DNA of 62,794 bases, filler included, from 8 parts of 8 records of this genome joined end to end with filler, not necessarily neighbours in it; one strand, 5' to 3'; counted from the whole stretch's first letter, positions 50,394 to 60,206 are shown. Program-made: numbers and translations. The notes: generated by a model not told the origin, from the letters alone.

Positions 50394-52631
50394 ATGAAAC
50401 TTGAAGAATCAACCGCCTATGTAAAAGACTGCTTTAACGGCGAACCGGCATCCTGCGCCTGCGCCTGTCCGTTCGGCCTTGATATCCGCTCCTTCATGGA
50501 AAAGGTGGAAAAGGGCCGGTGGCTGCCGTCGTACAAGATGCTTCGCAACGCGGTGGTGTTCCCCGCCGTTGTCAGCCGGCTTTGCCCGCAGCCCTGCCAG
50601 AACAACTGTCAGCGCGCGTCCATCGGCGACGAGCCCATTGCCGTGCGGGCTTTGGAGGCCGCCTGCGTTAAGTATACGCGCAGCCGAAGCCCAGAAAATT
50701 TCACGATACCGCCCAAAGCGCAGCGCGTCGCGGTGATCGGCGCGGGCCCGTCGGGCCTTTCGTGCGCTTTAAATCTGGCGCAGAAGAAGTATAACGTCAC
50801 GGTCTTTGAAAAGGACGCCGGCTGGGGCGGCTCATTGCGCACACACCCTGAATTTGAGGCGTTTGACGAAGATTTTGCCCTCCAGTTTTCAGTCGTCGGC
50901 GCAGACTTTAGGTTTAATACGGAAATTAAGTCCCTGGACGACGTCCAGGACTATGACGCCGTGTATATCGCCACCGGCGAAAACGGTGAAGCCTTCGGCC
51001 TTCGGGACAGCTGGGACCCTGTGCACCTGACAACCGCCAAATCGTCCGTCTATATGGGCGGCGGCCTTGTCGGCGCACCGCTTATGGAGGCCATTGCCCA
51101 AGGGCCGGTGGCGTCCAGAGAAATGGAGACGTTTTTCCAGACCGGTAAAAACGCCAAGGCCGCCCCGGATCTGGCCGCGTGCGTACATTATCTGCCCCAC
51201 GACGATGCGGAGAAACAGCCGCGTGTCGCGATGTCTTCGCCCGACGGTTACACTGAGGACGAGGCCAAAGCCGAAGCGGGCCGGTGCTTCAAATGCGACT
51301 GCCAGATATGCAAGGACAACTGCGAGATGATCGCGTGGTTTCGGAAGATGCCGCATAAGCTCGGCGTTGAGGCGTATACGGATTCGCTGGCCAGCTCAAC
51401 CATTTCTAAACGCACGTTGACGCGCGAGGCGTATTCCTGCAACGTCTGCGGCAAATGCCAATCCGTCTGCCCGGTAGACGTGGATGTCGGCGCACTCATG
51501 CAGGCCTCCCGGGAGGACCGTTTTAAGGCCGGCAAAAACATCCCCGCGTTCCACGACTTCTGGATACGGGAATTTGATTTTCATTCGGGCGAAACGTTTT
51601 TCGCCGCGCCGCCGAAAGGCCAAAAGACCTGTGAGTACGTCTTCTTCCCCGGCTGTCAGCTCGGCGCGGCTGAGCCAGACCACGTCTTAAAGTCGTACGC
51701 TTATTTGAAAACAAAGCTGGATGTGGGCATTATTGACGGCTGCTGCGGTGCGCCGGCTTACTGGGCCGGCGACTCAGGCCGCCTATTGGAAAACACCGAG
51801 CGTTTGCGTAATCTTTGGGACGAGATGGGCCGGCCGACATTCATCTATGCCTGCGCCTATTGTGAAAATGTTTTACGCCTGCTTCTGCCTGAAATCAAGC
51901 TGGTAAGCCTGTATGAGCTGATGTCAAAGGACGAATCCGTCGTCCCGGCTCGCCTTTTTGAGGACGCCGCCGTGTTCGACCCCTGCACCGCGCGGGACGA
52001 CGCGGCCGTCCAGGAAAGCGTCCGCGTTTTAACGGCGCGGGCGGGCGTTGAGACGGAGGAGCTGACGAATCCCAACCGCTGCTGCGGCTACGGCGGCCAT
52101 ATGCGCCTGGCCAATCCCGCCTTATACGACGAAATCACAGAGCACCGTGTCGAGGCCAGCGACAAGCCCTATATCGTCTACTGCGCCAACTGCCGGGAGG
52201 TCTTCCGGCAAAAGGATAAAGACTGCGCGCATATCCTCGACCTTGTTTATGACATCGCGCCGGGCCGGCGCGCGCCGACGCTGCAGGCCAAAAAAGACAA
52301 CGCTCTGGAGGTCAAAAGACAGCTCATGAAAGAAATGACCGGAAAAGACTTTGCCCCCGAGGTCCATGAGTGGGACTCTATAAAGCTTGTTATTGACGAG
52401 GCGCTCCAGGACGAGCTGGACCGCAAGCTCATTATTGAGGATGACCTGAAGGAAGCCATTTATCTGGCAGAGCAGTCGGGCGAGAAATTCGTCAGCGACG
52501 ACGGCGTCACCCAGTGCAGCATGGTCAAGGCCGTGCTGACGTACTGGGTCCTCTATAAGAAGCTTTCACCCGGCACGTACGAAGTTTTAAGCGCCTATAT
52601 ACACAGAATGAAATTCAGCAGGGAGGATTAA
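50394..52631 (+). CDS. Fe-S/FAD oxidoreductase with dicluster and CCG domains (DVU_1558-like)
   Basis: CACACPFGLD, CPQPCQNNC, Rossmann VIGAGPSG, CNVCGKCQSVCP, FFPGC, CCG twice, YCANC. Likely start MKLEE at 50394. Confidence 0.85.
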   Translation: MKLEESTAYVKDCFNGEPASCACACPFGLDIRSFMEKVEKGRWLPSYKMLRNAVVFPAVVSRLCPQPCQNNCQRASIGDEPIAVRALEAACVKYTRSRSPENFTIPPKAQRVAVIGAGPSGLSCALNLAQKKYNVTVFEKDAGWGGSLRTHPEFEAFDEDFALQFSVVGADFRFNTEIKSLDDVQDYDAVYIATGENGEAFGLRDSWDPVHLTTAKSSVYMGGGLVGAPLMEAIAQGPVASREMETFFQTGKNAKAAPDLAACVHYLPHDDAEKQPRVAMSSPDGYTEDEAKAEAGRCFKCDCQICKDNCEMIAWFRKMPHKLGVEAYTDSLASSTISKRTLTREAYSCNVCGKCQSVCPVDVDVGALMQASREDRFKAGKNIPAFHDFWIREFDFHSGETFFAAPPKGQKTCEYVFFPGCQLGAAEPDHVLKSYAYLKTKLDVGIIDGCCGAPAYWAGDSGRLLENTERLRNLWDEMGRPTFIYACAYCENVLRLLLPEIKLVSLYELMSKDESVVPARLFEDAAVFDPCTARDDAAVQESVRVLTARAGVETEELTNPNRCCGYGGHMRLANPALYDEITEHRVEASDKPYIVYCANCREVFRQKDKDCAHILDLVYDIAPGRRAPTLQAKKDNALEVKRQLMKEMTGKDFAPEVHEWDSIKLVIDEALQDELDRKLIIEDDLKEAIYLAEQSGEKFVSDDGVTQCSMVKAVLTYWVLYKKLSPGTYEVLSAYIHRMKFSRED

Positions 52632-52635
52632 CGCC

Positions 52636-52830
52636 TTGGAAGAGAGCAAAACCTGGAAATGCGCCAAATGCGACAAAGACCTGGTTGTGAAGAAAACGCG
52701 GTTTTCGTATCTCGGGCACACGTTCTCCCACGAGGTGCTCCGATGCCCGAAATGCGGCAACGTCTTCATCCCGCAGGAGCTGGCCGAGGGCCGGATGGCC
52801 GAGGTTGAAACGCAGATGGAGGACAAGTAG
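52636..52830 (+). CDS. Small CxxC...CxxC redox/metal-binding protein (DVU_1557-like)
   Basis: WKCAKC...RCPKCG...ELAEGRMAEVE...EDK; GGGAGG RBS and TTG start. Confidence 0.8.
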   Translation: MEESKTWKCAKCDKDLVVKKTRFSYLGHTFSHEVLRCPKCGNVFIPQELAEGRMAEVETQMEDK

Positions 52831-52844
52831 GAAGGCCCAATACA

Positions 52845-54203
52845 ATGAAAAAAACAATCCGCCGTACTGTGCGGGAGCCGGTCCGGCAGACGCGGAGCGT
52901 CTGCCCCGTCTGCCTCAGGCAGCTGCCGGCCGTTATTATCAGGGACTGCGATAATTACTCACTCGAAAAGACTTGCCCCGAGCACGGGACGTTTTCCGCC
53001 GTCATCTGGCGCGGAAGCCATCCGTCATTTGAGGCCTGGGGCGGCGCATTGCCCCCGTCAGACACCATATCGCCAGACTGTCCGCACGCCTGCGGCCTGT
53101 GCAGCGCGCATCTTCGCCAAACGTGCTGTGTTTTGCTGGAGGTCACATCCCGCTGCAACCTGGGCTGCCCCGTCTGTTTTGCCTCCTCTGGAGACTCCAC
53201 CAGCGGCAACAACGCGGACGAGCCGTCGGTTAGCGCTTTGTACGAGCAGTTTAAAACGCTCGTACAACACGGCAGCACGTTCGTCCAGCTTTCCGGCGGC
53301 GAGCCGACTGTGCGCGACGATCTGCCGGAGATTGTGGCTGCGGCAAAAAAAGCCGGCTGCGAAAACATCCAGCTCAATACGAACGGGCTGCGCCTCGGCC
53401 AGGACGCCTCGTATACAAAAGCGCTCCGGGACGCCGGCCTGTCCTTCGTCTTTTTGCAGTTTGACGGTACGACGGACGATATTTATGAGAAAATCCGGGG
53501 CCGGGCGCTGCTGGAAGCAAAAACAGCCGCCATTGAGGTCTGCGGTGAAAACCATCTTGGCGTGACGCTAGTGCCGACTGTTATACCCGGCATCAACGAC
53601 CATAATATCGGCGATATTCTCACATTCGGGCTTAAACGCTCGCCGGTGATCCGTGGCGTCCATTTTCAGCCCGTGAGTTACTTTGGGCGGTATCCGAAGC
53701 CGCCGGCTGATCGGGACCGCATTACGCTCCCGGAAATACTAAACGCCGTCGAGCAACAGACGGACGGACTGATTCGGCTAAATGATTTCGCCCCCTCCTG
53801 CTGCGATCATCCGCGCTGTACTTTCCACGGTGATTTCGTCGTCCTGCCGGATTCGCTCATGAAGCTCACGACGCAAAGCGGCACTCAAAACGAAAACGCC
53901 TGCTGCTGCAGCGAGGATGATACGGCTCATCTTAAAAACAGAAATTTTGTTTCGCGCCGCTGGAAGCGGACCGACGAGGACGCCTCCGACGACCCCGACG
54001 CGGATTATGAGGATATGGACACCTTTTTAAAGCGCGTGCGCACGCACGGCTTTACCGTAACGGCCATGGCCTTTCAGGATGCGTATACGCTGGACCTGGA
54101 GCGCCTGCGCCGCTGCAGCCTGCACGTATACCGTGATGGGCGCACCATCCCGTTTTGCGCATATTATCTCTCCAGCTATGAGGAAGGAAATCCCCAACCG
54201 TGA
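52845..54203 (+). CDS. Radical SAM protein (TrsS / DVU_1554-like)
   Basis: SVCPVC...KTCPEHG, CPHACGLCSAH, CNLGCPVCF (CxxxCxxC), SGGEPT, LNTNG, FQDAYTLDLERLRRC, IPFCAYYL. Confidence 0.88.
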   Translation: MKKTIRRTVREPVRQTRSVCPVCLRQLPAVIIRDCDNYSLEKTCPEHGTFSAVIWRGSHPSFEAWGGALPPSDTISPDCPHACGLCSAHLRQTCCVLLEVTSRCNLGCPVCFASSGDSTSGNNADEPSVSALYEQFKTLVQHGSTFVQLSGGEPTVRDDLPEIVAAAKKAGCENIQLNTNGLRLGQDASYTKALRDAGLSFVFLQFDGTTDDIYEKIRGRALLEAKTAAIEVCGENHLGVTLVPTVIPGINDHNIGDILTFGLKRSPVIRGVHFQPVSYFGRYPKPPADRDRITLPEILNAVEQQTDGLIRLNDFAPSCCDHPRCTFHGDFVVLPDSLMKLTTQSGTQNENACCCSEDDTAHLKNRNFVSRRWKRTDEDASDDPDADYEDMDTFLKRVRTHGFTVTAMAFQDAYTLDLERLRRCSLHVYRDGRTIPFCAYYLSSYEEGNPQP

Positions 54204-54862
54204 ATATTTACGAATCCGAGCTGTTCTCCCGCCTGAAGGATTATTCAATGCACCCCGGCGGCCTTCGCCTGACGGACCGCGCGGCCCGTCTAGCCGGGCT
54301 TGAAAGCGGCATGGCGGCCGCCGACATCGGCTGCGGCGCAGGCGCGACGGCCGCGTTCTTGGCCCGTCAATACGGACTGAAGATGGTCGGCGTGGAAATT
54401 TCTGAGCAGCTCATCGGCATCGGGCTAAAAAAAGGCCCTGGCCTGCACTTTATCCGCTGGGACTGCAACACGCTGCCCTTTGAGCCCGACAGTCTCGACG
54501 CTGTTTTGTTTGAATGCTCACTGTCTGTCATCGGTTACGATGGACATGCGCTTGAGGAATGCGCCAAGGCGCTCAAGCGGGACGGAACCCTTATTATCTC
54601 CGACCTGTTCTCCAAACGTAAAACAGGCCGGCCCGGCGAACTTCCCACCGTGGAAGCGCTGGAACAACATCTGGTAAAAACCGGCTTCACTATATTCACC
54701 GGCGAGGATCACACGCCCGCGCTTGTCACGTATGCCGCCGAGCTGGCCGGGCAAGCTGACAGTCCGTCTGACGGGGGATGCTTTCTCGGCGAAAGGTTTA
54801 CCGGGGAATTTAAGCTGTCCGACTGCTGCTACCGGCTGATCATCGCTAAAAAAACGATCTGA
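54200..54862 (+). CDS. Class I SAM-dependent methyltransferase (DVU_1556-like)
   Basis: HPGGLRLT, DIGCGAG, LPF...LDAVLFECSLS; the GTG start overlaps the radical SAM stop. Confidence 0.85.
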   Translation: MNIYESELFSRLKDYSMHPGGLRLTDRAARLAGLESGMAAADIGCGAGATAAFLARQYGLKMVGVEISEQLIGIGLKKGPGLHFIRWDCNTLPFEPDSLDAVLFECSLSVIGYDGHALEECAKALKRDGTLIISDLFSKRKTGRPGELPTVEALEQHLVKTGFTIFTGEDHTPALVTYAAELAGQADSPSDGGCFLGERFTGEFKLSDCCYRLIIAKKTI

Positions 54863-54870
54863 AAACGCTT

Positions 54871-56169
54871 ATGAAACAAACGCCTTTGGAAAAATGGATT
54901 GCCGATAAAATCGGCGGTTTACCGGAGCCTTCAAGGCTCCGGGAATATCAGCTGGATAAATTTCGCGAAACGCTGGCGCATGCAAAAAAAAACAGCCGTT
55001 TTTACGCGGCCAGTCTGCGGGATTTTAATGCGGCTGATATTAAAACAATGGACGATATCGCCCGTCTGCCCTTTACGGCCCCAGCGGACATTGCCGCAGA
55101 GCCGAACGATTTTATGTGCGTGTCGCCGCGCGATATTGGGCGCATCGTCACGCTGAACACCTCCGGCACAACAGGAAAGCCGAAGCGCGTTTTTTTTACG
55201 GACGACGACCAGGCGCTCACTGTGGATTTTTTTCACCACGGCATGACAACAATGGCGGACGAAACCGACCGCGTTTTGATCTGCATGCCCGGGAGCACGC
55301 CCGGCAGCGTCGGCGACCTGCTGAAAAAGGGTCTCAGCCGTTTTGGCTGTTCTAGCGTTGTCTATGGCCCCGTGCGGGACGACGCCGACGCGCTGGAAAC
55401 GATTATTAAAGAGAAGATCACCTGCATTGTCGGCATCCCGTCGCAGATGATCTCGCTGGCGCGCCTCAACGAGCACGCGGCGATCAAGCCACAGCTTAAA
55501 AGCGTGCTGCTGAGCGCTGATTACGTGCCTGAGGCCGCTTATAAAATCATAGGAAACGCTTGGGGCGCGGCGGTCTACGAGCACTACGGCATGACGGAAA
55601 CGGCCCTGGGCGGCGCTGTGGCGTGCGATGCGCACGACGGCTATCATATACGCGAGGCCGACCTGCTCTATGAAATCGTCGACCCCGTCACCGGCCTGCC
55701 CGTCCCAGACGGCGTTTACGGCGAGGTCGTCTTCTCAACGCTGACGCGGCGCGGTATGCCGCTTATTCGCTATAAAACGGGCGACCGGGCGCGCATAATG
55801 ACGCAGCCGTGCCCGTGTGGGACCGTCCTCCGCCGGCTTGACCGCATTACAAACCGGCTTAATGAGCCGGTGACGCTGACAGGCGGGGCCACGCTGTCCG
55901 TTACGCAGCTTGATGAGATTATCTACAGCGAACCGTCGGTCAGCCGGTATGCAGCAGAGCTGCAAAACAAAGACGACCGGGACTGTCTTCAAATAATTGT
56001 CCGGCCATCCGGCACAGCCGCCGATCTTGATACGCTGCGCGAACGCCTTGAAGCATCGCTGCCCCACTTGTTCAGCACGGGACAGCAGCTTTTAAACATA
56101 GAAGAAGGCGATGTCGGGTATTTTACAACCGGGACGCTTAAACGGCAAATAACCGATTCAAGACGCTGA
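54871..56169 (+). CDS. PaaK-like AMP-dependent CoA ligase (DVU_1553-like)
   Basis: LPFT, TSGTTGKPKR, HYGMTE, MPLIRYKTGD, CPCG. Confidence 0.88.
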   Translation: MKQTPLEKWIADKIGGLPEPSRLREYQLDKFRETLAHAKKNSRFYAASLRDFNAADIKTMDDIARLPFTAPADIAAEPNDFMCVSPRDIGRIVTLNTSGTTGKPKRVFFTDDDQALTVDFFHHGMTTMADETDRVLICMPGSTPGSVGDLLKKGLSRFGCSSVVYGPVRDDADALETIIKEKITCIVGIPSQMISLARLNEHAAIKPQLKSVLLSADYVPEAAYKIIGNAWGAAVYEHYGMTETALGGAVACDAHDGYHIREADLLYEIVDPVTGLPVPDGVYGEVVFSTLTRRGMPLIRYKTGDRARIMTQPCPCGTVLRRLDRITNRLNEPVTLTGGATLSVTQLDEIIYSEPSVSRYAAELQNKDDRDCLQIIVRPSGTAADLDTLRERLEASLPHLFSTGQQLLNIEEGDVGYFTTGTLKRQITDSRR

Positions 56170-56226
56170 CAACGTTTCAGCCCCTATATAAACAGGAGCG
56201 AAACGTAAATATAGAACCTTCTAAGA

Positions 56227-56394
56227 GAGGCATCCCCTCAGTACTATTTGATGCGCAAAGCGCATAGGCGTTAGTCTAAAACTAACGATATATATCCTGT
56301 TTCTCCCCGCCGGCGGCGGGGACGAAACATCTAAAATAAAGCCTCCCAAAGCGGAGGCATCCCTCAGTATTATTTGATGCGCAAAGCGCATAGG
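56227..56394 (+). repeat. Duplicated ~41-bp element (56227-56268 and 56354-56394) in the xdhC leader
   Basis: GAGGCATCCC(C)TCAGTA(C/T)TATTTGATGCGCAAAGCGCATAGG occurs twice; each copy holds the hairpin ATGCGC-AAA-GCGCAT. Confidence 0.85.
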
Positions 56395-56402
56395 AGGTTA
56401 AT

Positions 56403-57443
56403 ATGAAAAAGATTGCTGAAGCGGCGCTGGCAGAAGTACAGAATGGCAAAAGCTTCGCGCTGGCCATCATTCTTAAAAGCAGCGGCAGTACGCCGCGGGA
56501 AGCTGGCGCGACGATGCTCATCCGCGAGGATGGCTCAATTGTCGGCACCGTTGGCGGCGGCGTCATGGAAGCGCATATTATGCGCATCGCGCCGAAAGTC
56601 ATTAAAAGCCGCGTGCCCGTCGTGTCGGAATTCGTTCTGGAGCAAAACGACGCGGCATCCATCGGCGCTGTCTGCGGCGGACGCGCGACGATCCTCATCG
56701 ATTTCTTTGATGGCTCATCGCCTGAAACCCTTCAATATTTTGAACAGCTATTTAAAGCGGCGTGCACGGACGAGCGCTCATATATCGCCGCGGTGATCCC
56801 GCATTCCGGCGAGCTTGCGCCGCGAAACCACTGCCTCGTATCCGGCGGCGAGCTGTACGGCGCGGATGGCTTTGATACGGCCGCCCAATCCTATCTCAAA
56901 GACGCAGACTGCTGCCGCGCGTCTTATACAGCGCTCGACGCGCATGACGTTTACCTGTTTCCTGTCGGCACGGACGGCACTGTTTATATTTTCGGCGCCG
57001 GCCATTGCGGTGAGAAGCTCGCACATATTCTGCACACCGTCGGCTTTGTCACCGTCGTCATTGATGACCGGAGCGAGTTTGCCAACAAGGACCGTATCCC
57101 CGACGCCGACGAGCTGATCGTTCCCAAATCTTTTGAAGAGCCGTTTAAATCGATTGAATTCGGAGCCGACAGCTTTATCGTTATCGTTACACGCGGCCAT
57201 ATGCACGACGAGGTTGTCCTCCGTGAGGCGCTTAAAACGAACGCCGGCTATATCGGCATGATCGGCAGCAAGAAAAAGCGGGAGACGATCTACAGCCATC
57301 TGCTCGATGGGGATTTTACCCAGGCCGATATCGACAAGGTCTATTCGCCCATCGGCATCTCCATCGGCGCGGAAACGCCCGAGGAAATCGCCGTGAGCAT
57401 CGCGGCCGAAATTATCAAGGTCCGTGCCGAAAAAAGGTCCTAA
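56403..57443 (+). CDS. xdhC: XdhC/CoxI family molybdenum cofactor maturation factor
   Basis: GSTPREAGA, GTVGGG, CGG, IFGAGH, VTRGH..D, YIGMIGS, PIGISIGAETPEEIAVSIAAE. Confidence 0.93.
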   Translation: MKKIAEAALAEVQNGKSFALAIILKSSGSTPREAGATMLIREDGSIVGTVGGGVMEAHIMRIAPKVIKSRVPVVSEFVLEQNDAASIGAVCGGRATILIDFFDGSSPETLQYFEQLFKAACTDERSYIAAVIPHSGELAPRNHCLVSGGELYGADGFDTAAQSYLKDADCCRASYTALDAHDVYLFPVGTDGTVYIFGAGHCGEKLAHILHTVGFVTVVIDDRSEFANKDRIPDADELIVPKSFEEPFKSIEFGADSFIVIVTRGHMHDEVVLREALKTNAGYIGMIGSKKKRETIYSHLLDGDFTQADIDKVYSPIGISIGAETPEEIAVSIAAEIIKVRAEKRS

Positions 57444-57463
57444 ACCACAATCAAAATGAGTAT

Positions 57464-57488
57464 GAACCGGGTATAATACACCCGGTTC
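57464..57488 (+). terminator. Hairpin after xdhC (tail cut by contig end)
   Basis: GAACCGGGT-ATAATAC-ACCCGGTTC, perfect 9-bp stem. Confidence 0.55.
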
Positions 57489-57588
57489 NNNNNNNNNNNN
57501 NNNNNNNNNNNNNNNNNNNNNNNNNNNNNNNNTTAATTAATTAANNNNNNNNNNNNNNNNNNNNNNNNNNNNNNNNNNNNNNNNNNNN
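57489..57588. other. Artificial contig linker
   Basis: 44 N + TTAATTAATTAA + 44 N. Confidence 0.98.
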
Positions 57589-57589
57589 G

Positions 57590-57778
57590 GGGGATTTTAC
57601 CATTCTCAACACAAACAAATTACCATCGGACGATGCAAAGGCGTTTGAAGCTTTGGATCTGGGGGTCGCGACCTTGCCGTTGAATGTGTTGAATCAGGCT
57701 GCCGTGCCGGAGATTCCCGCCGCATACCTCACGCGTCTGGAAGAGGACTGGCAAAAAATCATCCTTAAGAAAAAGTAA
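57590..57778 (+). CDS. ABC transporter substrate-binding protein (YnjB-like), C-terminal fragment (not in the ORF track)
   Basis: GDFTILNTNKLPSDDAKAFEALDLGVATLPLNVLNQAAVPEIPAAYLTRLEEDWQK...* directly upstream of two permeases. Confidence 0.7.
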   Translation, partial: GDFTILNTNKLPSDDAKAFEALDLGVATLPLNVLNQAAVPEIPAAYLTRLEEDWQKIILKKK

Positions 57779-57816
57779 CGAGGTCGATAAATTCCCAAGC
57801 CAAAAGTTGACGTATC

Positions 57817-58679
57817 ATGATGAAACCTTGGTATAAACTGCTGCCGGCACTGTTTCCATTCATCCTTTTCTTTGTCGGCGGCATTGCACTGACTGTAATC
57901 CAATCCTTAGGGATGATGAACCCGCTTGTTCGTTATCCCTCCATCTGGACCGGTTATCAAACGGTGCTGACGCAAAAACACTTTTTAACCTCTATTTTCT
58001 TCTCATTCTATGTGGCGTTCGTATCATCCACCATTGCATTGACCCTGGGGACGTTGTTGGCTTACACCATTTGGAAGCTGCCGATCCCATTACGGAATAA
58101 AACCGGTGTGTATAAGATTCCCCTCATCTTACCTCACATCGCCGTGGCCTTCATCACCATGATGTTTCTGAGTCGTTCCGGTATTATTTCATCTTTGTGT
58201 CACACATTTGGAATTATCACGACAATGAATGAATTTCCCAATCTGATTTTCAGCCGACACGGCATCGGCGAAATCGTCGCTTACAGCGGAAAGGAAACCT
58301 CATTTGTCGCATTGATGGCACTGGCCGTATTGATGAAATTCGACAGGCGATACATCGATACGGCAAAACAGTTGGGAGCAGGGGAGGCACGAATCTTTTT
58401 TTGGTGGTTCTGCCCCATTTGAAGGGAATTCTGTCCGCTACCTTTCTGATTCTCTTCATTTACAGTTTCGGTGCCTTTGAAATTCCTTATATTCTCGGAA
58501 ACAGCTCGCCGGGCATGCTGAGCCTCCAGGTGTATGACTACTATTTCAAGCATGATCTATCCCAACGTCCGGTTGCCATGGTTTTGCTGGTGATTCTGTT
58601 CATTATCTCGTCGCTTTTGGCATATCTCTATTTTCAGTTGAGCGGTAAATTGGAAAAGGCTAAAAATGGTAAAAAATAG
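57817..58679 (+). CDS. ABC transporter permease 1 (frameshift at T7, 58396-58402)
   Basis: PLILPHIAVA, EAA-like loop IDTAKQLGA; continues VVLPHLK...FGAFEIPYILG in the second frame. Confidence 0.85.
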
Positions 58680-59448
58680 ACTTAAAGTGGCGACACTTCA
58701 ACTCTTGTTTCTTTTTCCTTTGCTCGTACTTCTCATCTATAGCTTTGCCGGACGATGGTCGTTTCCGTCATTATTGCCGGATACCCTGAACCTGAGAACC
58801 CTCACTTATCTGAAAGAAAACTGTGGCCGAATCTTCGTTCACCTGGGATCTTCGTTTTTATATTCCATGGAAGCGGTACTGCTCTCTATCCTCTTTTCAC
58901 TGCTGCCTGCAGAATTTTTAAGCAGAAAAGACTTTCACGGAAAAAAAATCTTGGAGAGTCTGCTTCTGGCCCCTTCAGTCCTTCCGGTGATGACGTTTTC
59001 CGTGGGAATCCATCTCGTCTTTATCCGGCTAGGCCTTGCCGACACCCATTTCGGCGTGGCATTGATCCTCTCCATCTACAGCTACCCATACATGTTACGG
59101 GCTTTGATTTCCGGCTATAACACTATTGATTCAAATCTTCTCATGTGTGCCGGAAACCTGGGCGGGGGATTTTGGCAAATTCTATGGGAAATTGAACTCC
59201 CCATGCTGTTACCGGCCCTGACGGCTGGGGGATCCATCGTGTTTCTGGTGGCTTTTTCCGACTATTTTCTGGTGTTTCTCATCGGGGGCGGAGCGGTTCC
59301 GTCATACTCCGGGTATCTGTTTCCATTTTTAAATTCTTCGGACTGGTCTTTGGCATCGGGGCTGACCCTGCTTTTCATATTGCTGCCGGTGATTCTCTTT
59401 TGGGTGCTGGACATGACGCTCCATAGACTTTACCGAAAATGGCAGTAA
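58666..59448 (+). CDS. ABC transporter permease 2
   Basis: WSFPSLLP, AGNLGGG...ELPMLLPA, FSDYFLVFLIGGG. Confidence 0.88.
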   Translation: MVKNRLKVATLQLLFLFPLLVLLIYSFAGRWSFPSLLPDTLNLRTLTYLKENCGRIFVHLGSSFLYSMEAVLLSILFSLLPAEFLSRKDFHGKKILESLLLAPSVLPVMTFSVGIHLVFIRLGLADTHFGVALILSIYSYPYMLRALISGYNTIDSNLLMCAGNLGGGFWQILWEIELPMLLPALTAGGSIVFLVAFSDYFLVFLIGGGAVPSYSGYLFPFLNSSDWSLASGLTLLFILLPVILFWVLDMTLHRLYRKWQ

Positions 59449-59454
59449 CCGCAC

Positions 59455-60144
59455 ATGCGACACATTAAAACGTCAATCATTATTCCGGTTCTCAACGAAA
59501 AAAAGATCAATCGATTTTTATCCGATTTAAATCGTAGCCTCTTACCGAAATCTAAAGGAAACGTTGAAATTATTATCGTTGATGGAGATCCAACAGGGTC
59601 CACGATTCGATTGATAAATGAGCCGGCAATAAAAATTATCTCTCCCAAAGGACGCGCCTGTCAACAAAACAAAGGGGCGAAATTCGCTTCCGGCACCATT
59701 TTGCTTTTTCTCCACGCCGACACAACGCTCCCTACCGATTTTATCTCATTGATAAGAAATGCCGTATCTTCGGGATATTCCGGGGGAGCGTTTGATCTCC
59801 ATCTGGATTCCCCTCATCCCCTATTGAAGCTGACGACTCGAATCGCTTCCTTACGATGTCGGATCACAGGGATTCCTTACGGCGACCAGGGAATATTCAT
59901 CACCCGGTCACTTTTCGAAAAAATCGGCGGGTTTCCCGAAATCCCTCTGATGGAAGATATCGCGTTGATGTTGAAAATCAAAAAAAGCCGAAAACGTTTC
60001 ACCATTTTGCAGGAAAAGGCAATCACATCCCCCAGAATGTGGTACCAAAAGGGAATCCTTTTCACTATGGTACGTAACCCTTTACTTGCCTCCCTTTATT
60101 ATCTTGGAGTACCGCCGAAGGTTCTCAGTAAGTTTTACTACTGA
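59455..60144 (+). CDS. TIGR04283-like GT2 glycosyltransferase
   Basis: SIIIPVLNE, GRACQQNKGA, LFLHADT, PYGDQGIF, GGFPEIPLMED, TSPR. Confidence 0.88.
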   Translation: MRHIKTSIIIPVLNEKKINRFLSDLNRSLLPKSKGNVEIIIVDGDPTGSTIRLINEPAIKIISPKGRACQQNKGAKFASGTILLFLHADTTLPTDFISLIRNAVSSGYSGGAFDLHLDSPHPLLKLTTRIASLRCRITGIPYGDQGIFITRSLFEKIGGFPEIPLMEDIALMLKIKKSRKRFTILQEKAITSPRMWYQKGILFTMVRNPLLASLYYLGVPPKVLSKFYY

Positions 60145-60206
60145 CGGCAAAAACGATTTCAAATCTCGACCAATACATTATAAAAGGTCTCGAATAATAA
60201 AATAAT

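Noticed and set aside
52845-54862. Selenocysteine read-through in the radical SAM or methyltransferase genes
   Set aside because: No internal in-frame TGA. The terminal TGAs fall at plausible C-termini, and the radical SAM stop overlaps the next GTG start.
56310-56402. Firm call of a Moco riboswitch, c-di-GMP-I riboswitch or hammerhead ribozyme
   Set aside because: Only fragments match (GAAAC...GCCTCCC; GCAAAGC). I could not build the full architectures and there is no CUGANGA core, so it is kept only as an unassigned structured leader.
41367-57299. Many long overlapping alternative-frame ORFs (e.g. 49206-50276 minus, 48156-48965 minus, 54931-55647 minus)
   Set aside because: Typical shadow ORFs of GC-rich coding DNA lying over well-supported genes, with no motifs of their own.
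7414-57588. Repeated TTAATTAATTAA palindromes as a biological repeat or CRISPR
   Set aside because: Always centred in fixed-length N padding; a six-frame-stop assembly spacer.
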